A stretch of 64,000 nt of DNA, taken from positions 136,028,001 through 136,092,000 of the forward strand of contig NC_042999.1 in NCBI RefSeq assembly GCF_006345805.1. The letters are read 5' to 3'. Origin of the DNA: Octopus sinensis. Lineage: Eukaryota. The notes beneath the pieces were generated by a model. It saw only the letters and a program-made list of their open reading frames with translations. It made no database searches and was not told the DNA's origin. The position numbers and the translations under genes were made by a program. Position 1 is the stretch's first letter, and each line of letters opens with the position of its first letter. Shown here in pieces: positions 28,051 to 39,367 of the stretch.

Positions 28051-29284
28051 TAATGACAGGTGCTTATATTTTCTGTTTCCAACTACCATATTCACTCACA
28101 AGTCTTTGGTCAGCTCAGGGCTATAGTAGAAAACGCTTGCCAAATGTGTCATACAGTGGTTTTGAACCCAAGACCATGTGGCTGGGAAGCAAAACTCCTT
28201 ACTACAAAGCCATGCCTGCTAGAACTGGTATTTAATTTTAGTTTCTATAGCAGTAAAGGTTTAAAAACCAAATCTTTTTCAGGATAAGACACTGTTTTAT
28301 CAAGATAGCATTGGTAGAAATTCTGGCAACTATTCTCAACAACTCGATTAACTGAAGAATACAGAAAAAAATGCGTTGCCCATAGATACTACAAAATACC
28401 AGCAGTGGATTGAACTCATAAGGCAATATTTATGCTCACTTAAATGTGGATGTCTTGTTGGAACAAACTATACTGTGGTAGATACCATGAGAGAAACAGT
28501 ACATCCACATATCTACCAGAGTATCGTTTGTTCTAACAGAATATCCATGTTTAAGAGGGGATAGATATTACCTCTTGGTATTAATAATGCCTCTGTTGCT
28601 GATATATACTCTTGAACTTATAAGAACTCAGTTGGTATAGTTTAAATATGAGCCATCTCATCATATCCTATACTGGTTATAAAACTAAACAATTTACAAT
28701 GTAAAACTCTTTAGTTAGAAGAATCAAGAAACTAGAAATATATTTCTGAAATTTGCTTTATGTAGAGAAGGTAGTATTCCTACCGTTATCTTTGAAATGA
28801 TGTCTGGCATTAGTAAATGTCATTGACAGTCATTTTAGATTTTAGACATTTATTTCCAAACTTTTCAGAATTTGGTTTTAAAAGCAACAGAAAAACAAAG
28901 TTTAAATAACAAATTCCAAATATTAATGTAAACATTAAGAAAACCGAGCAAAAACAGAAGTCTCCTGACCACCTTACTATGTAGTATGTACTAAACCATT
29001 TTCTGTTTTCTGTCACAGTAATACTGTTTTCTTTAGAACCATTAACAAGACAATGTTATATAATCGAGATTCTGTCTACAAGTGGTGGTATCCATCATTT
29101 AAGTGCAAATCTTGTCTGCATCTAGAGCCACAGGAAATACTTGTTGCATTCTTTTTCATGATAGTAGATTTGATCAATTAATAGAGTTCTTTTAGATTCT
29201 TAGTTCATTCACACCATTGTGATTCTTGCTATGCTGGAACATCACCATACACATGTACTACATTTTTTTTTGGTTAGTCTTTTC

Positions 29285-29705
29285 ATTTTATTATCTTTTA
29301 TATTTTACATGTTTCAATCATCAGACTATGGTCATGCTGGGGCACTGCCATGAAGGGTTTTTTTTTTTTGCTGAATGAATAAAGCCTCCTGGTACTTATT
29401 TTATTTTTTGAAGCCTGGTCACTTAGACTGGACTGCTAAGTTACAGGGACATAAACAGACTGACACTAGCTGTGGAGGACAAATACACAGACACAGACAG
29501 ACAGACACACACACACGCACACACAGACACCTACACACACACACACGTATGTATATATCTTTTTTCAGTTTCCATCTACGAAATCCACTTGCAAGGCTTT
29601 GGTCAACCTGGGACTATAGTAGTCTAAGGTGCAACACAGTAGGGCCAAACCTGGAACCATGTGGTTAGGAACTAAACTTATTAAATCACACAGCTATGCC
29701 TGTAC
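29285..29705 (-). mobile_element. tRNA-headed SINE (ccttgggcaagtgtcttct family), diverged
   Basis: Collinear with 52608-53003. Confidence 0.7.
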
Positions 29706-29739
29706 CTGTTGTCTGTGACAATTGTCTGCATATTTAAAA

Positions 29740-29950
29740 ATGACGAACCAATTATTGTGTGATGCTGCTCATATGAGTGAGGAAAGTAACTTCATTAGAG
29801 TACTACTCACATATCTGGGACAATGCAACTGTTACACAGAGAGAGATTATTCCAGACAACATGTAAAGGAATGTCACATCCATCTGACTGGTATAAACTC
29901 ACCAGATTATTACAATCACAAGCACATTGACACATTTTATCTTCCCTATG
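29740..29950 (+). mobile_element. CR1/Jockey-like LINE fragment
   Basis: gagtactactcacatatctgggacaat encodes EYYSHIWDN, resembling the EYCSHIW motif. Confidence 0.45.
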
Positions 29951-30923
29951 ATGGTGCCATCAACCCTCTGATGGTGCCTCTGATGGTGCCTCTGATGTTG
30001 CCATCTCTGATGGTGCCATCAACAATCCCTTCTCTTAAAAACTGGCAGAATCATTAACATGGATGACAAAATGCTTTGTTGCTATCTTCCACCTTTACAT
30101 TCTGAGTTCAAATACTGCCGGGGTCAACTTTGCCTTCATTCTTTTGGAGTCATTCCTTTATCTTTAGTTGAATGAATCGAGCCCAGTACATTTTTTTAAA
30201 GCCTGGTACTTATTCTATCAGTCTCTTTTGCTGAACCGTTAGGTTGTGGAGATGTAAACACACCAACACCGGTTATCAAGCAGTGGTAGGAGATAAACAT
30301 AGACACAAAAGCTCACACTCATAGATATATATATGATAGGCTTCTTTCAGTTTCTGTCTACCAAATCCCCTCACAAAGCTTTTTTTAGGGGTTGATAAAA
30401 TAAGTACCATTTGAGCACTTGGGTTCAAGTAATTGATTTACCTTCTTGCACGAAATTGCTGGCATTCTGCCAAAATTTGGAACCAATATTAGTAAACTGT
30501 GTAGCACTATGAGCAAACCAAAATGAAACACTTCCTTTCCCTTTTCCTCTTGTTATATCTACCATATTGAACCCTAAAAACGTAAATATTTCCTCCCCCT
30601 CCACATACTGTACTAATATATCAATTTTTCCTTTCTGCTATCTTATGATGAAAGCACTGATCCAGAGAAGGGCTCAAAGAATTTGATTTAATCCTTTGTT
30701 AGAAGATTTTGCAAATACTGAGAACCTTTTATTTACTGAAGGACAAAGGTGATCACAATTCAACCCAGTATTCAATATGTTACAAAAAAAAAAAATTATA
30801 GAGCATATAGAGATATGTTATTCTGGTCAAGTTGCTGATCTTACAGCATATGCAGGCTGTTTTAATACATATTCATATCTCACAGGAGGTTAGAATGTTC
30901 TGACCTCTGATCAGCTGCAGATG

Positions 30924-30977
<54 letters not shown>

Positions 30978-31008
30978 CACATATATATAATACACGTATG
31001 TCTGTCTG

Positions 31009-31128
<120 letters not shown>

Positions 31129-31899
31129 TATATATATATCAAAGTAGATATGTGAGTGTGTTCTGCACATAGGGGTTAAAGTGAGATTTCTGATAATTGT
31201 CCAATCTGTGGGAAACAGCATGCAAATCTCCTTCAAGCCACATCCTATCATCTCTAAAAACAATAAAAGAAGGGATACACAATATCTAAAGAAAAAAACA
31301 AAAAAAACATCATCAGGACTGATCTAAGCCGAAGATCAACACCAGTAGTAACAATGAGAAAATAAACTGCCTCATGGAACATCATGAATATATATAGGTT
31401 ATTGTCCATGTAGAATACTTATGAGTTACTTCAGTATATATACATTAATGTGTGGACATAGGAAGAAATTAGTAGGAAGGTCGGAAACAAGGAAGAATGT
31501 GAACATTAAATATAAACATACTGGTATTACATAGGGACTGGATTAACTAGAATTTGAAAGTGATTTAGCATTTAACTTTACATTTCCAAAGAATGTTGTC
31601 AATGAAAGCAGACCATTTCCAGAAGTTCCATGGTATTTATTAAGACACAAACTAGAGCCCTAGGCCTCGTGCTATTGATTTGGTAAATGGCTTTTACGGA
31701 AATTACAGCACATCTCATTAATAAACACCATATATTCACTGCGAACTAGCAATGAATATACTTTATAAAATCTAATATCTCTACATATTCTTATATGCTT
31801 TAGAAAGGAAATGCAGAATCTTGAATGTGGCCATTGAATGAACATCTAAGATGATGTAGGCAATTTGCTTTCAAAATAGGGACACACAACACCTGCACA

Positions 31900-31946
<47 letters not shown>

Positions 31947-32643
31947 CTCATGTGCATGTGTGTGTGTGTATATAGATATATGCGTATATATATGCATATA
32001 TATATATATGCAAAGAAACATACATACATACACACGCACACATATATATGTTTACACATATACACAAATTATATATATACACACATACAAACATATATAC
32101 ACATGTGTAGGTGTGGGAATATTTGTATGCCATGACAACCATAAGCAGACATATATATAGCACATAAAGTAATTATGAAATCTCATTTGCTATTAGTTAA
32201 TATAATACAACGTATCTGTGGAATCTGAAAATATTACTAAAAAAAATCTACTATTTACTACATTTGTCTTGCATTTTAATGTAGAATGTTTGCATCAGTT
32301 AGACAGAAGATATTGAACAGATTCATGATGAAGCAGGCTTCATCTCACGAGGCCCATTGTCAGGTAGCATATTACCTTCTCAACATTGAATGCATAAGTG
32401 AAAGAGACAGGTAGCTGAGGAGAAGGTTGTTAGTGGTGGTAATGGTGGAGGTGGTTGTGGTGGTGATGTGGTTGTGCAGACACAGACAGATAGATGAACT
32501 GATAGCTACGCACACACATACAGGCATACACACCACACACACACATATGTATATGTATATATAGATACACAAGTATATGTATATATGCAAATGTATGTAT
32601 GTATCCATAATCTCTCTTTCTCTTTCTGAATGTATATGTGTGC

Positions 32644-32676
<33 letters not shown>

Positions 32677-33386
32677 TATGTACATACATACACACATATA
32701 CATACATACATACATCTATACACACATATCCTTACACATTATATACATACACACATATCCATATATACACATATACACACACACATATACATATATATAT
32801 ACATACACACATGCATACCTATATAGATATGTACATATGCACATGTGTATATGTGTATGTATAGATGCTTTTAATTTTTTTATCATTTTACTGGTTTTAT
32901 TTCTTGGATTTGAAGCCATACTGTGCATTGTCTTCAAGGCATTTTAATTGGTTATATCATCCCTATTTATCAATCTGTATTTATCGAATGGCTATGTCTA
33001 CCTTTGGCATAAAGGGACATAATACAATAAGGAACTGCACATGTATATGCAAACACATATATACACACAAGTGCATGTGCAAACACACACACACAAACAC
33101 ACACAAACACACACACTCACACATACATACACATACACATATGCATACAAAGGGAACATTTAGAATGCAAAATTTTTCAAGAAAGCAGTTTGCCTGATAT
33201 TCCATGTTGCATAACTGCCGTGTAAAGAAATAGTTTCTTCAACTGTGCCAAATGTAAGAAACTTCTAAACCAGCCAGTCTTACATCTGTTGAACCATCAA
33301 ATTGGTTGAGGTGAATGAATATTGAGAAGTCAGCAGGTGATTTGGCAAAAACCTCGTGTAGAAATAACTGTGGTAAATACATGCAA

Positions 33387-33387
<1 letters not shown>

Positions 33388-33453
<66 letters not shown>
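33388..33453. repeat. (GA)n microsatellite
   Basis: Direct reading. Confidence 0.95.
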
Positions 33454-33461
<8 letters not shown>

Positions 33462-33579
33462 AGAGAGATTGAAAGGGAGACTGATGGGGAGACAGAAAGT
33501 GAGAGAAACGAGAGTAGAAAGAAAATGAACAATGCTAAAAGTGTTTTTCAAGAATGAGAAATAAATAAATAAACAAACA

Positions 33580-33583
33580 ATAG

Positions 33584-33617
<34 letters not shown>

Positions 33618-33709
33618 AATGATGATGAGTCAATAATAGCAACAACAATAACAGCAACAACGTTAACAATACTACTACCACCACCACCACCACCACCACC
33701 ACCACCACC

Positions 33710-33741
<32 letters not shown>

Positions 33742-33850
33742 CAACAACAACAGCAGCAGCAGCAGCAGCAGCAACAATAATAATAATGATAGCAATAACA
33801 ACAACAACAATGGCAACAACAATAGCAACAGAAATACTAATGATAATAAT
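33580..33850. repeat. Compound trinucleotide array GAT-CAA-CAC-CAA-CAG-TAA
   Basis: Direct reading. It explains the poly-L, V, H and G ORFs. Confidence 0.95.
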
Positions 33851-34692
33851 AGGAATAAAAGCAAAAAAAAATTCAAACAAAATACAACTGAACATAATGG
33901 AGATGAAAGTGAGATATGAAATATATGTGTGGTGGTTCTCTCTGGTAAGAATTTTGTGTTTTTCTAAAAAAATTTTTATAAATAGTTTAAAGCAAGACAC
34001 AAGCAGAATGTAATGCTGAAGCTGTTAAACCTCATGGGAGATAAACTTCTTTTCTGTCATTCAGACAGTGGGAACTTTCTATAACTTTCTTTGAATATTT
34101 TAGCACCAATCATTCTTAGTGTTTATATATATTTGCATATTATTGTTTACACACATGTTAAAAGAGTTGTGAAAACTATTTAAGTTACTTTTAAGTCAAT
34201 GTTCACTCACAACATTATTGTTACTCTTGGGCGAATGTACACACACACATTCACACACACATATGTATATATACAAACACACACACATATATATATATAT
34301 ATATACACACATCCACTCACATAAACACACATTCATGCCTTGTTTACACACAGACACTTATACCAGGTTCACAGCTGTCCCCCTTGCAATATACAACTCA
34401 AGGTAACTCTCACAATTGCCCCTCTTTCTATTTATCCTCTAGCAACCTCTTCCTCTTCTGGTCATTTCAGAGTGTGGTGACGGTCTAACTGAAATAGGTT
34501 TATTCTTTTTCCTCTCCATTTTTACCTCGTGTCATCTATTCTTTGTGTAGAAGAGTGTATGCTCAAAATGTAAAAGACTTTTCCTTCTATTCTTTTTTTT
34601 TTACTGTAAACCTAATATCCTTTGATTTTTCCCTTGCCTTCATGTATGTGTGTATATATATATAAGTGTGTAAATATATATATATATATATT

Positions 34693-34734
<42 letters not shown>

Positions 34735-34940
34735 CACACATATCCATACAAGAACAGCTATAGCTATATACTAAGGGGTTTGTTACCAGCTACATGGCTT
34801 TGGCTTCAGCCATCTGGTTGGTGGAGGTCTTCATTCTTGGACTGACCAAAACCTTGTAAGTGGATTTGGTAGACAGAAACAAATAGAGCTTGATGTATAT
34901 ATATATGTGTATGTGTGTGTGTGCATGTGCATGCGTGCGT

Positions 34941-34979
<39 letters not shown>

Positions 34980-35070
34980 GCATTATTAGTCAGCTGAACC
35001 AGAATCACCTGGTTGCAAATCTAACGTTTTAACCATATAGCCATGCTTCTGTCTATTTGTTTGTGTCTCT

Positions 35071-35112
<42 letters not shown>

Positions 35113-35529
35113 ATATAAAATTAAGTAGTGTATATAATACCACTTGCTAAAATCAGAGCCAATGCTCCAAAAACCACCATAAAAATTACAATGAAGATAC
35201 ACAGGAGCAATGCAATGAACATTTCAAAAATAGGCTTACCTTTGCTTGGAATACATAGATAAGTAATACGTATTTTAATACCAATTAATTTCACGCTTTG
35301 CATGACAAACATGCTTTGCAATCATCAGTTGGAAACAGAATTTAACATCTATTTCTAAAATATTCACTACATTAGCTTGTGTGCATTCCTAACTTTAAAC
35401 GTCCCACTCCGTTTAAAAGAAATTATCGTAAACAAGAAAAATTTAAATAAGGGAGTATAATTATTGTTATTTACAGTAATAGTAAGGTGGCTTACAAGGT
35501 AGATATAGATAATATATATGTATGTAAAT

Positions 35530-36690
35530 TATATATAAGTATACATACTTACATACATACACCTATACACACACGCCTACACACCTACATACACACACAT
35601 GCATACACACACACACACATGTACGCACATACACACACATATACGCACATACATATATACCCACACACATGCACACACACACACATACGCACATGCATGC
35701 ATGCATGCATGCACACGCGCACACCTACACGCATACACACACACACACACGCACGTACACATACATACATACACACATGCATACATACACCCATACACAT
35801 ACATGCATCCTACACACACATACATACACACTCACACATACATACACACACACACTCACTCACACACCTGTATGTACGCGCACACACATGCACATACACA
35901 CACTTCCCCACACCCACACGTACATACATCAACACTCACACACATACAACACACACACACGGACATACATCTATGCACACACATACATACACACATACTC
36001 ACATACATTCATCGGACACACTGCCACCCGGACATACACACAGACACACTCACACATCCACACACATACATACTTACGCACATACTCGCAGGCGCGCGCA
36101 TGCACGCGCACGCACGCACGCGCACGCACGCGCTTGCGCCGGTTCGCGCACGCATACGCGCCGCAGGCACCTCGCTCTTGGACCCGACGAGACCTCCCGC
36201 CCGTTCCTGGGACCGTCGCGTGTCGTTGGGTTTTCCCACGCCCGTCTCCGCGGGACCACTCTTCCATCTTCCCCTCAGCTGGAGTCCTTTTTCCTTAACC
36301 CCCCCCTTGTTCGTTACACACACGCGCACACATATACACACATTGCTTAAATATATACATTACTCTTACACACATTCAATCTACTCGCCATTAATACCAC
36401 CACGACACTGGACACACACACACACTACTACTACTCAACACACGCTGGCACGCTACATACGCCCCCCCAACCCTTCCCCTCCCTCCCTCCTCCTTCCTCC
36501 TTCCTTCTTTTTCTTACTACTGACCTTGTCTGCTAAGCTGACCACTAGTCTCTCGCCTACCTCACACCCTACACACAGACGCACACACTAACACTAACAC
36601 ACATTATATTTTTTGTGTTTTTTCATCTCGCCTCACACACACACATACATACACACGCACACGCACACACTCACACATACACACACATCT
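35530..36690. repeat. Long imperfect CA/CATA low-complexity tract with a CpG-rich core
   Basis: About 1.1 kb of degenerate CA repeats, GC-rich segment at 36080-36310. Confidence 0.85.
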
Positions 36691-36857
36691 GTTGCGTTAC
36701 CAACCTTATCTCCACTCTTTTGCCTTTAAAAACCCACTTTGCTCTGTTTTCGTAAACATCCGCCTGTCACCATGTGCAACTCGTAAACACCAGTCGTCTT
36801 TTTTCTCTTTCCCTGTTGCCCGCTCTGGGATCTTTCTTTCCTCTCTCTCTTCCTTCT

Positions 36858-36900
36858 TTATGTTTCCGACGAAGAGCTCTCCGCTCGAAACGTCATACCT
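36858..36900 (+). ncRNA. Hammerhead-ribozyme-like motif, variant core CCGACGA
   Basis: CCGACGA-A-GAGC tctcc GCTC-GAAA-C GUC with ACGU palindrome, but stem I pairs only partially. Confidence 0.5.
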
Positions 36901-36982
36901 CCCTGCTTCCATTTCCTGAGCGCCTATTTAATAATACTGTAATTGTTCCATTGTTGTTGTTTTTTTGTTTCCCGTTTGGATT

Positions 36983-37013
<31 letters not shown>

Positions 37014-37019
37014 CGCTCG

Positions 37020-37310
37020 TGTCCGTTGCCAGCCTCGCCTGGCCCCAGTGCCGGTGGCACGTAAAAGCACCATCTGTTCATGGCCGTTTGCCAGCTCCGT
37101 CTGGCACCTGTGCGGGTGGCACGTAAAAAGCACCCACTACACTCACGGAGTGGTTGGCGTTAAGAAGGGCATCCAGCCGTAGAAACACTGCCAGATCAGA
37201 CTGGGCCTGATGCAGCCTTCTGGCTTTACAGACCCCAGTTGAACCGTCCAACCCATGCTAGCATGGGAAGCGGACGCTAAATGATGATGTTGATGATGAT
37301 GATGATGATT
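37020..37310 (+). mobile_element. Young RTE-related short retroposon
   Basis: CpG-intact copy of the family with a (GAT)n tail, flanked by (TA)n. Confidence 0.85.
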
Positions 37311-37376
37311 AATATATATATATATATATAATATATATATATATATATAATATATATATATATATATACCGGAGTA

Positions 37377-37421
37377 AAACTGTCCGATGAACGGCAACGG
37401 GAAACTCAGAGTAACAGGTTT
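37377..37421 (+). ncRNA. Minimal type I hammerhead-ribozyme-like motif, variant core CCGAUGA
   Basis: Stem I AAACUGU/ACAG(G)UUU, CCGAUGA, short stem II with GCAA tetraloop, GAAA, stem III ACUC-A-GAGU, GUA triplet. Confidence 0.6.
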
Positions 37422-38232
37422 GTTTGAATTTTCTGCTGCTTTAAATAAAGTATATATATATGTATGAATGTATGTATGTATGTATTTATATATGTAGATG
37501 TGTGAGTGTGTGTATGTGTATCCTAGTCAAGTGGTAGTTGTAAATGAGTGTCACTGTGATGCAAACAGTGTCTTTTGTTTCTAAGCTTATGTAAAACCAT
37601 GTCTGCTCTTAGGGAGCTACTACCTTAAATGGAAATAGGTGAGAGCTGGTGTTAGGAAAGACATCTGGTCATAGAAAATCTGCCTCTGTCTAACCCATGG
37701 AAGCATGGAATATCATCATTGTCATCACCATTATCATCATTTAACATGCTATTTTCCATGCTAGCATGTTAAAATGATGATGTTGGTGGTGGTGGTGGTG
37801 ATGATGCTGATGCTGATGAGGATGATGATGGTGATGGTGGTGGTGGTGAAATTTACTGGTAAGAGAAAATTGTGTTCTAGAAACACACATACAACATACA
37901 ACACACAGCACACACGCACATACACATACACATCTACTCACATGCATTAAAACAATGTCCAAACCTTGTATTTTAATTCAAACAGTTAGTTGGAAAGAGA
38001 CAAGCGATAAACACTGGTAATCTTTTAGAAGGACACAAGAGTTAATGTGTTGTAATGTGTTGACACAACAAATGGTTCATGCATTAATAATAGGTGGGCG
38101 AGCACCTAAGCTGAACTAACAGAAGTGTCTAACAGAATATTAGCTAATGCCAGTATAATAAAATATATAGTCAATGAACATAATAATAATAATATAATAA
38201 TAATAATAATAATAATAATATAATAATAATAA

Positions 38233-38282
<50 letters not shown>

Positions 38283-38295
38283 ATAATAATAGTAA

Positions 38296-38751
38296 CAGAT
38301 GGGCTACACCAAATATTCTGCTCAATACCACAGATTTGCTTGTCAGTTGTTTGACCTTAACCAGTTGAGTATGTCCCTTAATGGATGATGATATCATCAG
38401 CCACTAAGCAGAAGTAATGGGGGAGCATCATAACCATGTGTTGTGAGGAATTCTTTGGGGTTTGGATAATTCACCTTTGGAAACATGGGTGTTTTGTTCA
38501 ACATCCTTGAACAACCCTTATTCAGGGACCTTTTGAGTGGGATGGGTTACTCAACCTGAAGAAAATTCTAACTGGGCTCCACATGCAAGGTCATGTGCTG
38601 TTTATCTTGATATGAGATCACTATGTCACACACATGATTGTGATGCATGTGCCAGGTGTACCCTTATCAGACGGGTAGTCATGATAGGTATAATGGGCTT
38701 CGTATATTTTACCCCAGTGTCTCTTTGATGGCATGCACTGCTCTCTCACTC

Positions 38752-38807
<56 letters not shown>

Positions 38808-38842
38808 TAATAATAATAATATTAATAATAATAATAATAATA
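38296..38842 (+). mobile_element. Interspersed retroposon with a long (AAT)n tail
   Basis: Paralog of 4615-5098, preceded by (AAT)n-(AGT)n at 38180-38295. Confidence 0.75.
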
Positions 38843-38844
38843 AA

Positions 38845-39070
38845 GATTGTCTTAACTGGTACATCACATGTATTGAGAAGAGCATTGTCGATGTGAGAAC
38901 TGTTGCTGCTCATGTATTTTAATTTAACTTTAAAAAAAAAAAAAAAAAATGAACGAACTACTGAGTTTGGTTTAATGGCCTACCAATATACACTATGAGT
39001 TTCTTTGCCCTAGGAGTCGGGAAGACACTCGGCAAGAAATGGAAGAAAATTTGAAAGAAGAAAAAAAAAA

Positions 39071-39104
<34 letters not shown>
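38845..39104 (+). mobile_element. Extremely 5-prime-truncated R4/Dong-like LINE (3-prime end only)
   Basis: Matches 41370-41658 (ggtacatcacatgta.tgagaagagcattgtcg and taatggcctaccaatata...ggaagacact.ggcaa), with (AAT)n on both sides. Confidence 0.8.
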
Positions 39105-39105
<1 letters not shown>

Positions 39106-39367
39106 GCTTATAATTTCTGGCACAAGTTCAATAAATTTGAATGGAAGGGAAGTTGATTACATCAACTCCAGTGTTTTACTGGTACTTATTTTATTGACCC
39201 CAAAATAATGGAAAGTGAAGTCAACCTTGGCAGAATTTGAACTCAGATGCCACTTAACATTGCTTAATAACAACAACAACAACAACAATCATAATAATCA
39301 TAATAACAATAATAATAATAATAATAATAATAATATAATAATAATAATAATAATAACAATAATAATA

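Noticed and set aside
35121-35321. Hydrophobic minus-strand ORF and a strong AAAG|gtaagc donor near 35240 as a possible TMEM245 exon
   Set aside because: The hydrophobic part lies after the donor, the phase-0 frame before it has a stop 15 codons upstream, and there is no acceptor or motif match.
35487-36591. Long ORFs of 209-330 aa rich in H, T and Y
   Set aside because: They are translations of CA/TA repeats that lack stop codons, with no domain-like content. The same applies to the many YIYI, CVCV, HTHT and LSLS ORFs across the window.
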